Assembly (NCBI GenBank): GCA_013288565.1
Contig: JABDBP010000005.1
Location: 8,746 to 72,745 of the forward strand
DNA length: 64,000 bases
From: Alphaproteobacteria bacterium
GTDB lineage: Bacteria; Pseudomonadota; Alphaproteobacteria; Rickettsiales; JABDBP01
Reading direction: 5' to 3'
Of the stretch, positions 19,585 to 29,830 are shown one piece after another (the stretch's first letter is position 1; every line of letters begins with the position of its first letter). Position numbers and translations under genes: made by a program. The notes under the pieces are model-generated. The model was not told where the DNA came from, searched no databases, and saw only the letters and a program-made list of their open reading frames with translations.

Positions 19585-21771
19585 CTAACCAGCTTTGGCG
19601 CGACGGTAGTATTCCTTATAATAGCCATGATAATAACCACTATCCGCCGCGCCGTAATATTTGTGTTTGCTGAAATCCACCCTGGTAAGTACAGCCCCGG
19701 CGATTGGTGCATTGGCATCTTTCAACTGTTGCAGGGCAGCCATGACTATTCCTTGTGGAGTTACACCCCAACGCACCACGAAAAGGCAGGTATCAACCGT
19801 GCTGGAAAAGATCAAAGCATCTGAAATAGCCATTAGCGGCGCAGTATCAAAAATTATATAATCATAGCGACTGGATAGATAATCCATAAGGCGCTGCATT
19901 TTCTTCGAAGAAAGCAAATCTTGAGAATTTTCTATATTGCACCGTGCTGGTATGAAATCCGGGCCGCCTGTTTCAGCCTTAAGGATGATTTCTTCTTCCG
20001 TGACAGTAGAGTCAGTTAGGAAATCGCTTAAATCATACTGGAAACTTTCCCCGACCAGGCTTTCGCTTAGGGAGGCACGTTTCAGATCAGTATCTACGAG
20101 TATGGTTTTTTTCCCCGAGTTGGCAAGTATACTTGCTAGCGAGTGTGAGAAGAACGATTTTCCTTCATCGGGGATTGACGACGTTACCATTATTGTTTTT
20201 AGCAGGCGTTCTGTTCTAGGAAAATGTATAGAAGCGATAACCGCACGGATCGATTCATAATATATCGAAGATGAGCCCTCGGTTTCTTTTCCTTTCATCT
20301 CAGGCAGCATCGCTAACACACGAAGCCCGGTTCTTTCCCTAAGCTGCTGCGCCTGGCGGAACGAATGATCAAGGCTTTCTATAAGGAATGCCGTGATGAC
20401 TCCAAGCAAAATGCCTAAAACCAGGGCTATCAGGAAAAATAACTGTGGGTTGGGGTAAGAAGGTCCCACCGGCGTTTCGGCTTTAGAAATTATGCGTGCA
20501 TCGGCCTGCTCCGTTCCTTTGCTTTCTGAAGTTTGCTTAAATCTGGTAAGAAAGGATTCATATAATGTCCTGTTTGCATTCATCTCCCTTGTAAGTTCAG
20601 AGAGTTGCACCGAAGCACGGCTTGAATCTCCGGTTTTTTCTTTCAGATGTTCCAAGCTGTTTGTTAGTGCCTCTTCCCGGCTCTTTGCCACCTCCACTTC
20701 ATTCTGTAAGCTTTCGGTAATCTTGCCGATTTCAGCCCTTATCTTTTGATTAAGATCGGTTATTTCGGCGTTTATGTTGATCATTTTCGGGTGTTTTGGC
20801 CCATAACGATTGCTTAAGTCTGCCTTTTTTCTCAACAACTCGGTTTCCTGTCCACGCAACTGCTGAATAAGACCTGAGTTCAATACTTCCGGGCTTGAGT
20901 CGATTGAGATGCGTGAGTTACTTAGCTTGGCTTCAGCCTTGGCTCTTTCGGCATGCGCCGTGACCAGCTGGGTATTGATTTCGGAAAGCTGTTGATCGGT
21001 TATGGTGACCCCGCTGGCATTCTCCAGTAGGTTATTCTGCTCGCGGAAGTTCTGCACTTTTACTTCCGATTCATGCACGTTTTTCTCCAGCTCCACCAGC
21101 CTTTCGCTCAACCATTGATTGGCCTGTTCAGTGGCTTCGAATTTCCGAGCAAGCTGGCTGTTTATATATTCTTCGGCAATAGCGTTAACTATGTCTCTCG
21201 TCTTTTGCGGGAAGTGGGAAGAAAATTTCACGGTTATAGTGTAAGAATGCGGCCTCCTCACAACCACCAAGCGGTCAAGGTACTGGTTAATTACCTTGGT
21301 GCTTATTCCGCTTTTATCGTCTTTCGTATCTTTTCTCTGGTGCTCTTGTCCGAAGTAATTCATCACGCTAGAAGACAATCCGGCAAAAAATTTTTCCTTG
21401 GAAAGGCCGCCGTTGAACTCTGGATCATTCTCAAGGCCAAGTTTCTCTATAACCTTGGAGGCAAGGGATCGCGATTCTAAAATATCCAGTTCGCTTACTA
21501 TCGCGGAATCATCGGCGGAAATTGAAGATGTCACTGATTCTATATTGATTACTTTATTGGCAGGGATATTTATCTGCAGCACCGAGCTCGCAGTATAGAG
21601 CCTAGGCGTTACCGAGAGAAAAATTGCGGTCAGAACTAAAACAAAGAATATAATGCTGAAGATAGTGTATATATTACGCCTGAGCAGCATCGCTATTTCT
21701 TTGATGCTTAGATCAAAATTTTGCGATACAGCAGGCATCTGATTGTTATTTTCCTGAAATGTACCGCTCAT
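19585..21771 (-). CDS. polysaccharide co-polymerase / tyrosine autokinase (Wzc/ExoP family)
   Basis: 728 aa. Wzz-like N-terminal domain with a coiled coil, second TM, P-loop SSIPDEGKS, Walker B YDYIIFDTAPL, and a Tyr-rich tail KYYGAADSGYYHGYYKEYY. Confidence 0.85.
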   Translation of the reverse strand: MSGTFQENNNQMPAVSQNFDLSIKEIAMLLRRNIYTIFSIIFFVLVLTAIFLSVTPRLYTASSVLQINIPANKVINIESVTSSISADDSAIVSELDILESRSLASKVIEKLGLENDPEFNGGLSKEKFFAGLSSSVMNYFGQEHQRKDTKDDKSGISTKVINQYLDRLVVVRRPHSYTITVKFSSHFPQKTRDIVNAIAEEYINSQLARKFEATEQANQWLSERLVELEKNVHESEVKVQNFREQNNLLENASGVTITDQQLSEINTQLVTAHAERAKAEAKLSNSRISIDSSPEVLNSGLIQQLRGQETELLRKKADLSNRYGPKHPKMININAEITDLNQKIRAEIGKITESLQNEVEVAKSREEALTNSLEHLKEKTGDSSRASVQLSELTREMNANRTLYESFLTRFKQTSESKGTEQADARIISKAETPVGPSYPNPQLFFLIALVLGILLGVITAFLIESLDHSFRQAQQLRERTGLRVLAMLPEMKGKETEGSSSIYYESIRAVIASIHFPRTERLLKTIMVTSSIPDEGKSFFSHSLASILANSGKKTILVDTDLKRASLSESLVGESFQYDLSDFLTDSTVTEEEIILKAETGGPDFIPARCNIENSQDLLSSKKMQRLMDYLSSRYDYIIFDTAPLMAISDALIFSSTVDTCLFVVRWGVTPQGIVMAALQQLKDANAPIAGAVLTRVDFSKHKYYGAADSGYYHGYYKEYYRRAKAG

Positions 21772-21796
21772 CTAATTCCACACCGCATGAATAGCA

Positions 21797-22369
21797 TTAA
21801 AAAAATCTCTCAAGCACCCTGACAGTATCGCCAGCATAAACCGGAGTATCGTCCTGGCCTTTTTCTTCAACCTTCTCGCCATTTTTTTCACGGGTTATAA
21901 TGACTTCATTGGTTTTTGCCCGTTGCGTGTAACCCCCGGCTAACGCCACCGCATTTAAAACAGTCAAGCCGTTTACGTAAGGATAGCTGCCGGGTTTATT
22001 GACCTCCCCCAATATAAAAAATGGCCTGAAATTCAATACGTCAACACTAACCCGGGGATTCACCAGATAATCGCCTTTCAAGGCATCAACTACTTTCTTT
22101 TCTAATGCCCGGGAATCTAATCCGGCAGCTTTGACACTTCCTATAAACGGCAGGGAAACATAGCCTGAACCATCGATATCGAATTGGCCGGAAAGATCAT
22201 CCTCACCAAATACCGTCAGCTTGATTTTATCACCAGCCCCGAGCTTGTAACCACTGTTGCTGATGTTATTTTCGGCAATAGTAGCTTCTTGTGCTGCTAC
22301 AGACGAAACTCCTGCATAAAAAGCACAAAGGAAAAGGAGAACAGTGAAGAATACACGCATTCGACGCAA
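21797..22369 (-). CDS. polysaccharide export protein (Wza/ExoF-type, short form)
   Basis: 190 aa with a signal peptide. Poly_export motif YKLGAGDKIKLTVFGEDDLSG..DGSGYVSLPFIG followed by an SLBB-like segment. Confidence 0.8.
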   Translation of the reverse strand: MRRMRVFFTVLLFLCAFYAGVSSVAAQEATIAENNISNSGYKLGAGDKIKLTVFGEDDLSGQFDIDGSGYVSLPFIGSVKAAGLDSRALEKKVVDALKGDYLVNPRVSVDVLNFRPFFILGEVNKPGSYPYVNGLTVLNAVALAGGYTQRAKTNEVIITREKNGEKVEEKGQDDTPVYAGDTVRVLERFF

Positions 22370-22389
22370 TTATAGCCTAAAAACCCAGC

Positions 22390-23652
22390 TTATAAAGCAA
22401 TGCTTGCACCGACGATGATAATATTCTGTTGATAATTGTTATTAGGAACATTTGAATCACGCTGCCCATAGGAATAATCGGCCTTAAGCATTATGTTTTT
22501 ATTAATCAGATACCTTGCGCCCGTTGAAAGCAGATATACCCGGTCATCTTGGTTTATCCCCTCGTACTGGTAGTCATCATATCCCGCTCTGGCCAGTAGC
22601 TTTACGTCGCGCGTCAGATCATGCTCGATGCTACAGAAAACAGAAGTGTCTATAAAACTGTAAGCTTGCAGATAGAGAGTCTCATTAATTGAGCGCAGCC
22701 CACCGGCCTCGATTTTTGTGAGCCCGGTAACGTTCCAGGTCAGCTTACCACCACCATCAAACCCGCTTACTGCCCTATAAGCCGAATTGTCATACTCCTG
22801 GTCAAGATACCCTACATAGATTTCACCTTTGAGTTTCCCGGTTATTTCTATCGCAGTGCCGGTATCGGCACTGAAACCATAAGAATTCCGATTATTTAAT
22901 AATGCCTTATTTTCGTAACTGACAATATTACCCGTACCTTTTATAAATGCTTTGTATCCCGGTATTATTTCATAAGCGAGGCGTATGCCGGTGCCATATT
23001 CCAGCCGATTACGCGCATCCTGTTCTATCACTGTGCCACCACTGGTGGAGCCGTTACTATAATTAAAATCCCTCACTTCGGTGCCTACTGTGGCCGAGAT
23101 CCGGCTGACATCATGCGTGAATCCCAACTGTCCTACGGTTTCAGTGTAAACTACCGGCTTGACACCATTGTTCAAATCATCCGGAGTGCCCCGAGCTTCA
23201 TGACTCTTAGAATAATCGATGCCGCCCCATAAATAGTTGCCGCGTGTAATATCCAGACGCCCGTTACTGGCCACGTCGTAATCGTTAAAATTTTCGGAAG
23301 TATATCTGGCATATCGGCCTAAATCACCTGAGGCGAAAAAGTTTAAAGCATGGTTACCCCAATCCGAAGTTGCGACAACTGCAGGTTTTGCATCAGTTAT
23401 TGAATCACCTGCCTTCCCGGTTTGCACCGCATATATGTTATCGTTATAGGATTCTTCGGCTGTAAGTTCCGGATGAATCACAAAAGAGCCAACTTTTGCG
23501 CCGCCTCCAAGATATGTGCGATTGGTGTCGCCAACAGACAAAACATCATCGCCAAACTCTCCTGCCAGAGCCTGGTTTGGGATGTTATTAATTACAACTA
23601 TCGAAAAAAAACCGATTAGTAATAAACAAAAACCTTGCTTCTCCTGCATCAA
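22390..23652 (-). CDS. outer-membrane beta-barrel protein (EPS-associated BBP2-like)
   Basis: 420 aa with a signal peptide. Alternating beta-strand pattern rich in Y/G/N/D and an ESYNDNIY segment. Adjacent to Wza/Wzc. Confidence 0.55.
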   Translation of the reverse strand: MMQEKQGFCLLLIGFFSIVVINNIPNQALAGEFGDDVLSVGDTNRTYLGGGAKVGSFVIHPELTAEESYNDNIYAVQTGKAGDSITDAKPAVVATSDWGNHALNFFASGDLGRYARYTSENFNDYDVASNGRLDITRGNYLWGGIDYSKSHEARGTPDDLNNGVKPVVYTETVGQLGFTHDVSRISATVGTEVRDFNYSNGSTSGGTVIEQDARNRLEYGTGIRLAYEIIPGYKAFIKGTGNIVSYENKALLNNRNSYGFSADTGTAIEITGKLKGEIYVGYLDQEYDNSAYRAVSGFDGGGKLTWNVTGLTKIEAGGLRSINETLYLQAYSFIDTSVFCSIEHDLTRDVKLLARAGYDDYQYEGINQDDRVYLLSTGARYLINKNIMLKADYSYGQRDSNVPNNNYQQNIIIVGASIAL

Positions 23653-23691
23653 AAAACCACCTGGTTAGAAATTAAAATTAATGGCTGCGGC

Positions 23692-24180
23692 TTACCTATC
23701 CGTCGGATCCTCTGTAGACGCGGGGTTACTAAGGACAGTCATGGGGTTATGGAGAGCATTGCCGAACGCATCCCGGCCGAGTACGCCGGAAGTGCTGCCT
23801 GCGCCGCTGCCAGACCCGGTAGGTAAATTAGCAGTATTAGTTACTGTGCCAGCGTTGGCAGGAGCAGTAGATAACAAGTCGTTCTTAAGAGCCCCAGCAA
23901 TCGGGGACTCGCCATTTTTTTGAAGTTCACTTCGAAGTATTGCCTCAGCCATTGACCGATCTTCATGCACAATCAAGTAAGCTATTTCTTTCCTAAGCTC
24001 TGGATTTTGGTGGATGATGTTCTGAACCTCCACTGCATCACTGACTTTTATCGCTACGTTCAGTTGATCCAATATATGTTGAGGTATAGTTGGCTGCCCC
24101 GCTTGCACAGTGGTACTGATAGAAAGATAGGAAAATAACAAAATGCCAGCAACGGCTGCGGATAAACAAATTTTTTTCAT
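23692..24180 (-). CDS. secreted hypothetical protein
   Basis: Start at MKKICLSAAVAGILLF (signal peptide). C-terminal Gly/Ser/Thr/Asn-rich low-complexity tail. Confidence 0.45.
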   Translation of the reverse strand: MKKICLSAAVAGILLFSYLSISTTVQAGQPTIPQHILDQLNVAIKVSDAVEVQNIIHQNPELRKEIAYLIVHEDRSMAEAILRSELQKNGESPIAGALKNDLLSTAPANAGTVTNTANLPTGSGSGAGSTSGVLGRDAFGNALHNPMTVLSNPASTEDPTDR

Positions 24181-24401
24181 AAAGCCCTCCCCTATATGCA
24201 ACAGCCTTATGATAGCACCAAAGGCCCCTTAGCCCCTATTTAATCATTTTGTGCTAAACATTTATAAAATGAAAATAAAACTTTGTTGATTTAATATCAC
24301 AAGGGGCTAGCATAACCGCAGCTTTAGAAGCTAGAGATAAAAAACAGGTTGGAGGTAATCCCTAAAGTAAAAATTTTATTCCCAGGTATGGTCGAACATT
24401 A

Positions 24402-25538
24402 TTACCCCATTAACTTCCCATACTCTTTAATTGCATTATCGGCAGAAAATTCATGCATTTTATGTGCCTGGAAGTCTTTAGTCCTCTTCTCAGCAGCTTC
24501 AGGATCAGAAAGAACATCCAATATGGCAGATTTAAGAGCTTCAACATCGCCAACTGGAATAAGAATCCCATATTTACCACCTTCCAATATCTCATCAGGG
24601 CCGCTGGGACAATCGGTGGAAACAACCGAACAGCCAGAGGCTAGAGCTTCAATCAGGACTGTCGGCAACCCTTCAAAATCCGAGCTGAGGACAAAAATAT
24701 CGGCTTTGCTAAAAAAGGCATATGGGTTTTCATTAAATCCCGGTATGCTAATCGCATCAGTAATACCTAGTTCGGACGCTACTTTCTCAAGATCTTGCCT
24801 TTCCGGCCCTTCTCCCAGAATAATTAGGCGCATATCCGGCCGTTCTTTATAGGCTGCGGCAAATCCTCTAAGCAGCAGAGGAAAGTTTTTCTGGCTGGAT
24901 AGCCGTCCGGCAGCGAGGAGAACGGGAGTAGTTTTCTCAAGAAGCCATGGGTGATTAGCATTTTGGTTAGCTTTCTCAATTAATGCCGATGTTATTACCG
25001 GATTATATATGCGCTTGATTCTTTGCTCTGGAATAAAGGCTATTTTACTTAAATCGCGGATTAGAAAATCCGAGACAACTACTACCTGATCTGCGAAGCG
25101 GTATAGAATAATTATTGATATCCTTAAGACTAGTTTTAATAAAAAATGGTTTTTTCTGTTCCTAAGCCATATCAACGTCGGGCCTCGTTCGGAAATAATG
25201 ATTTTTGTTTTTTTGCCGGTACAGGAAAGAAATTTTGCAGCTACTAAGGTAATATTCGCTGCTGGCAAGCCAGTTATGATGAAATTAGGCCTTTCCTGCC
25301 TAATGGCTTTTGCCAGACGAAATATGCATTTTATATGGTCTAAGATTGCGAATGGCTTCAACCCTAGGTCTATGACTTTTACTTCGAGATCAAGGGAATT
25401 TAGGAAATGCCCCATAGCTGACATCAAGGCAAAACTAACTTTGTTTTTCGGATCGGACGAAAAATAATTGGCCATTCTGGTAAGATTTCCTTCTATCCCT
25501 CCAGCCCTTAAGAAAAAATAAAAAAACATCAACCGCAT
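24402..25538 (-). CDS. glycosyltransferase family 4 (GT-B)
   Basis: 378 aa. C-terminal EGLPTVLIEALASGCSVVSTDCPSGPDEIL motif. Confidence 0.85.
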   Translation of the reverse strand: MRLMFFYFFLRAGGIEGNLTRMANYFSSDPKNKVSFALMSAMGHFLNSLDLEVKVIDLGLKPFAILDHIKCIFRLAKAIRQERPNFIITGLPAANITLVAAKFLSCTGKKTKIIISERGPTLIWLRNRKNHFLLKLVLRISIIILYRFADQVVVVSDFLIRDLSKIAFIPEQRIKRIYNPVITSALIEKANQNANHPWLLEKTTPVLLAAGRLSSQKNFPLLLRGFAAAYKERPDMRLIILGEGPERQDLEKVASELGITDAISIPGFNENPYAFFSKADIFVLSSDFEGLPTVLIEALASGCSVVSTDCPSGPDEILEGGKYGILIPVGDVEALKSAILDVLSDPEAAEKRTKDFQAHKMHEFSADNAIKEYGKLMG

Positions 25539-25625
25539 ATTATGTTATAAGCCCATCATTTATTTTGCTGTTAACCAATTGAGTTTGTATAGTAAAACTC
25601 GGAACAAGCTCATTATAGGACAAAA

Positions 25626-26324
25626 ATGAAGTTGTTATTGAATTTTATTGAGAATCCATCCAATAGCCTGGATCATAATGCCAAGCTGTTGAAAGATCCA
25701 AGAATTAAGCGGTTAATGGATGTGATATTGAGTCTATTAGCATTAATCATTACCACCCCAGTTTTTATAATTATAGCCCTTATCATCAAGCTCGACGATA
25801 TGGGGCCAATTTTCTACTGCCAGCAACGCTTTACAAGAGGATTACAAAAATTTACTATAATAAAATTCCGTACAATGACAGCTGATGACCACCCCATAAA
25901 CAAAGAAGATTATGTTAAGAAGCAGGATCACAGGCTGACCAAAATTGGAAAATTTCTTAGGGATACAAGCCTTGACGAGTTACCACAACTAGTCAATGTC
26001 CTAAAAGGAGAGATGTCTGTCGTCGGTCCAAGACCGCAGGCGATTCCGCAGATTGAATATTACCTGGAGCATATAAAAAATTATAACGATCGCCATATGG
26101 TGAAGCCCGGACTTACCGGATTGGTCCAAATCTCCGATTTAAGGAGCGAGGTACGGCCGGAGGAGCAGGGAAAGCGGCTTAAATTTGATATTCTCTATAT
26201 TAATAACTGGTCGATATCACTGGATCTTTTTGTCATATCCTCAACCCTTATCATGTTGTGGTCGAGATATAAATCAAACTTGGCGATTTATGGATCCAGG
26301 TTGCGCGCCAGCAACAAGCTATAA
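25626..26324 (+). CDS. polyprenyl-phosphate sugar phosphotransferase (bacterial sugar transferase family, initiating enzyme)
   Basis: 232 aa. Motifs KRLMDVILSLLALIITTPVF, IIKFRTM and DELPQLVNVLKGEMSVVGPRP. Confidence 0.85.
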   Translation: MKLLLNFIENPSNSLDHNAKLLKDPRIKRLMDVILSLLALIITTPVFIIIALIIKLDDMGPIFYCQQRFTRGLQKFTIIKFRTMTADDHPINKEDYVKKQDHRLTKIGKFLRDTSLDELPQLVNVLKGEMSVVGPRPQAIPQIEYYLEHIKNYNDRHMVKPGLTGLVQISDLRSEVRPEEQGKRLKFDILYINNWSISLDLFVISSTLIMLWSRYKSNLAIYGSRLRASNKL

Positions 26325-26339
26325 CCAAGCATTAAGAGA

Positions 26340-27608
26340 ATGTTAAAAAGATTTATACCGGAAAATCTGCAGTCATTTTATTTTATGGTTGGGGGATCGG
26401 TGTTTTTTTATGCTATCGGTTATTCCTTTTCTTTAATTGCCTCAATACTAATGACACGCCATCTCGGTCCTGAAGGACGAGGACTCGTTACATCTATTGC
26501 TTCCCTTATAAGCATCGGATCGGTGCTTGCTTTATTCGGCATGACTCATGTAAATAAACTAGTCGCCGCAGAAAACAAGGATGCTGCAGGCGCACTTTTT
26601 CTCGTAAACATATTCATCTGCATTGCTTCCTCAATAATAATAGTCCCATTAATATATTGGCTTGGAAAAAATCCGGAACTCTCTGGAAAAAATAGCATGC
26701 TTCTTGTTAGCGGGCTGCTGTTTATACCAGTATTTGCAATTGCTGCAAGCTGTAATGATATATTGATGGGAATGCATAAGAGCAGAGAATACAACACCAT
26801 TTTTATAGTCGAAAAAGTGTTATATGCCGCTTTAATAATGGCTGCTATATCTCTAGGACTCATGACGGTTCCTGTTGCCCTGGCCCTGTTCTATACATCA
26901 CAGGTGATCAGGATTATTCTATTTTGTTTTTTTCTAAGCAAGTATTTCTCGCTGCAGCAATTGAGAAAGGTGGGGCTACTAAAGCTCGATGGCAATTTCA
27001 TCTTGGTCAACTATTATTCCTCGATATGTTTTGCTTTCAGCAGCAGCATATTGCCAATTCTGCTCAGCCGGTTCTCAAGCCTGGATGAGACAGGTTATTA
27101 TGCAGTAGCGCGGATGGTGGCAGATATGCTTGTGGTGCCTTCAACATTATACTCATCCTACGCAATTAATAAACTTGCGGGCGAACGGGAAAAACCCAAT
27201 TACCTGAAAACTAAAATCATCCTCATAATATCTATAATGTCCTTTGCTGCCTTTATAGCCTTGGCTTTTTACCTTATCTCCGAACCTTTAATACCGCTTT
27301 TGTTTGGAAGATCATTCAAAATAGCAACAACCTGCTTCCGATATTTACTACCAAGTGTTATTTTCGTTACCGGCTATCAGATGATGAACGTTATAATGCT
27401 GGTCGAGAAAAAATCCGGAAACATATTATTCTTGGTAAGTATTTATGCATTATTGCCAGCCATCCTGCCTTTCGTAATATTCCATAAAATCGACGCAGTA
27501 ACCGCCGCCGACAGCTATAGCATAGCCTGCCTGGTTACATTCATTGCTGCTGTTTTTCTGAATATAAGGAGCTTTCTGCCGAGGGTTTCGGCGAAATTTA
27601 TGACGTGA
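26340..27608 (+). CDS. polysaccharide flippase (Wzx / MOP superfamily)
   Basis: 422 aa with about 12 hydrophobic segments and typical Wzx-like topology. Confidence 0.7.
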   Translation: MLKRFIPENLQSFYFMVGGSVFFYAIGYSFSLIASILMTRHLGPEGRGLVTSIASLISIGSVLALFGMTHVNKLVAAENKDAAGALFLVNIFICIASSIIIVPLIYWLGKNPELSGKNSMLLVSGLLFIPVFAIAASCNDILMGMHKSREYNTIFIVEKVLYAALIMAAISLGLMTVPVALALFYTSQVIRIILFCFFLSKYFSLQQLRKVGLLKLDGNFILVNYYSSICFAFSSSILPILLSRFSSLDETGYYAVARMVADMLVVPSTLYSSYAINKLAGEREKPNYLKTKIILIISIMSFAAFIALAFYLISEPLIPLLFGRSFKIATTCFRYLLPSVIFVTGYQMMNVIMLVEKKSGNILFLVSIYALLPAILPFVIFHKIDAVTAADSYSIACLVTFIAAVFLNIRSFLPRVSAKFMT

Positions 27609-28830
27609 TCATAACTGGTTGTCTGCCCCGTAATTCCCGCTCGCGGGAGTATAGAATATTAAGCCCACAAATCATGCCGGAGATGATCCAGAAGTGCAGG
27701 AAATATGTAGTGTCTCCTATAAAGCTAAATACCAACATTCCGTAAAATATCGAAGTCACTGCCGCTGAAATTTTTGCGAACTCCCATGAGAATAAAGAAA
27801 TTCTAAAACTCAAAAATAATAAATATACCAGCAAAAGCAAATATAATGCCTCGCCCATATAGCCTCTCTCAAAAAGCACCTCCAGATAGCTGCTTTCCGC
27901 AGCATCAGCTCCCTTTATATTGTTATAAAAATTGCTCAGGTAAATAGAAATCTGCCCCGGTCCTACACCCAACGGATGCTCAAGGCTTTTCTCGAGCAAT
28001 ATATCATGCACCATGAACCTATCCACATCATATTCCTGTGCCTCAAACCTCATTCTTATCCTTTCGGTATAGTCAAACGCATCGGCAACCAACCATGCCG
28101 ATCCAATAAATACAATTAATCCAATAATACCAGCAATAAATCTAAGAAGCGCGGTTTTAGACTGACTCTGTACGGCAATAAAAAACGAATAACATATTAT
28201 CGAAACAACCAGCCCTATCCAACCGGCCCTTGAATATGTCAACAATAAGGTAAATACGAGCAACATAAGGGCCGCGAGGTTCTTTATCCTGCCAATTTTG
28301 CCGGATAAGCCCATCTTATAATAAAGGTACATCACACAAAAATTGAGTGCCAATCCGTAGTAATTCGGATTTCCGCAAAATCCGCTCAACCGGTCCCATA
28401 ATGTTACCTGATCATAGATCGGCAATATCCCAAAGAGACCCGCCAAAGAAGCAATTGCAGAAATTAAGATTAAAAAAGTAGAGCCTTTGAATATAATCCC
28501 AATCGGTTCGTAGCCATAGCTATAAATAAGGGCGGAAACAAATAGCATCAGTAAACAAAGATAGATACTGAAGCGAAAATAGGCCAGGCCTGTTTCCATA
28601 TCTATTGCATTTATTAAGGATATCAGTGAAACGATTGTGTAAAGAGCTAAAAATATCCATACCGGAGTATCCGAGGAAGAGAAGCGCACTTTGCCAGTTA
28701 ATATTATGAGCAGGAAAGCCGGGACAAAAAAAGAAAAAAACGGAAATGGTGCAATAAATACCAAAAAAGAAAGCAGGAAAAGTAAATATTTGATTAAAAC
28801 CGGCATAGTGATGTTTTTTTGTATGTTCAT
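27598..28830 (-). CDS. O-antigen polymerase/ligase-like membrane protein (Wzy-type)
   Basis: 410 aa polytopic protein. TYSRAGWIGLVVS segment typical of the Wzy_C domain. Confidence 0.65.
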   Translation of the reverse strand: MNIQKNITMPVLIKYLLFLLSFLVFIAPFPFFSFFVPAFLLIILTGKVRFSSSDTPVWIFLALYTIVSLISLINAIDMETGLAYFRFSIYLCLLMLFVSALIYSYGYEPIGIIFKGSTFLILISAIASLAGLFGILPIYDQVTLWDRLSGFCGNPNYYGLALNFCVMYLYYKMGLSGKIGRIKNLAALMLLVFTLLLTYSRAGWIGLVVSIICYSFFIAVQSQSKTALLRFIAGIIGLIVFIGSAWLVADAFDYTERIRMRFEAQEYDVDRFMVHDILLEKSLEHPLGVGPGQISIYLSNFYNNIKGADAAESSYLEVLFERGYMGEALYLLLLVYLLFLSFRISLFSWEFAKISAAVTSIFYGMLVFSFIGDTTYFLHFWIISGMICGLNILYSRERELRGRQPVMITS

Positions 28831-28903
28831 ATGAAAAAATGCAGCTCTTGTTAGATCGTTACTTGGCTCACAGTTAAACTTTTCATAGCTTATGATATAT
28901 CAG

Positions 28904-28978
28904 ATAAGGAATATGATTTCCGCAAAAACAAGCCGGGTCTCCTTCCTGGGCTTGTTTAAATTTATCCTGTGTGGTTGA
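28904..28978 (+). promoter_or_regulatory. leader region with a short uORF (MISAKTSRVSFLGLFKFILCG) and a hairpin upstream of the first methyltransferase
   Basis: A segment of about 27 bp (ataaggaatatgatttccgcaaaaaca) recurs at 29795-29823. Hairpin aaacaagcc..ggcttgttt. The uORF runs 28913-28978 and stops 4 nt before ATG 28983. Confidence 0.3.
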
Positions 28979-28982
28979 AGTT

Positions 28983-29798
28983 ATGAATCTAAAGAATATA
29001 GACAGCCATTTCCGGTTCGGTGATAATTGGCAATCTTATGCAAAAATTGTCGATGAGGACAGGATAGCGGAAGCACTAAAAGGACTGGAAAAACTTATTC
29101 CGGCCGATGGCTTGAAAGCAAAACAGTTTTTGGATATCGGCTGCGGTTCAGGGCTTTCCATGTTGGCAGCACTGCGGCTCGGCGCATCGAATGTTAAAGG
29201 TGTGGATATCGACCAGGCTTCGGTAGATACCGCCCACGCACTTCTTTCCCACCATGCGCCAGGAGAACAATGGCAGGTGGAACAGGCAAGCATATTCGAT
29301 CTCGATCCCGAGTGTTTCGGATTATTCGATGTGGTTTATAGCTGGGGAGTTCTTCACCATACCGGGGATATGTGGTCGGCTATTAGCAAAGCCGGAGCTT
29401 TGGTTAAGGGAAACGGCGTATTTATTATCGCCCTTTATCACAGGACGCCATCATGCAATTTATGGCGTATTGAAAAGAAATTTTATGCGCATACCGGAAA
29501 ATGGCAACAGTGGATAATCAGATGCATCTATAAAGCCGCTTTCATTGCCGGTCTTCTATCAACGGGAAGAAACCCTTTCAAATATATTCCCGGATATAAA
29601 GGAAGCCGCGGCATGAATTGGCATCATGACGTTCATGACTGGTTGGGCGGATATCCCTACGAGTCAACTACACAAAGCGAGATTGTTCCCTCATTACAAA
29701 ATATCGGTTTTGAGGTTGTGCGTATTTTTCAAGCCTCTACTACACGTACAGGCATATTCGGTGCCGGCTGCGATGAGTATGTATTTAGGCGCAAATAA
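28983..29798 (+). CDS. class I SAM-dependent methyltransferase
   Basis: SAM motif FLDIGCGSGLS and later VVYSWGVLHH. Start may be ATG 28983 or GTG 28971. Confidence 0.75.
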   Translation: MNLKNIDSHFRFGDNWQSYAKIVDEDRIAEALKGLEKLIPADGLKAKQFLDIGCGSGLSMLAALRLGASNVKGVDIDQASVDTAHALLSHHAPGEQWQVEQASIFDLDPECFGLFDVVYSWGVLHHTGDMWSAISKAGALVKGNGVFIIALYHRTPSCNLWRIEKKFYAHTGKWQQWIIRCIYKAAFIAGLLSTGRNPFKYIPGYKGSRGMNWHHDVHDWLGGYPYESTTQSEIVPSLQNIGFEVVRIFQASTTRTGIFGAGCDEYVFRRK

Positions 29799-29830
29799 GA
29801 AATATGATTTCCGTAAAAAAACCAGTATAA
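29795..29830 (+). promoter_or_regulatory. second copy of the leader repeat, with short uORF MISVKKPV ending directly at the start of the second methyltransferase
   Basis: ataagaaatatgatttccgtaaaaaaacca. The uORF runs 29804-29830, and its TAA is followed immediately by ATG 29831. Confidence 0.3.
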
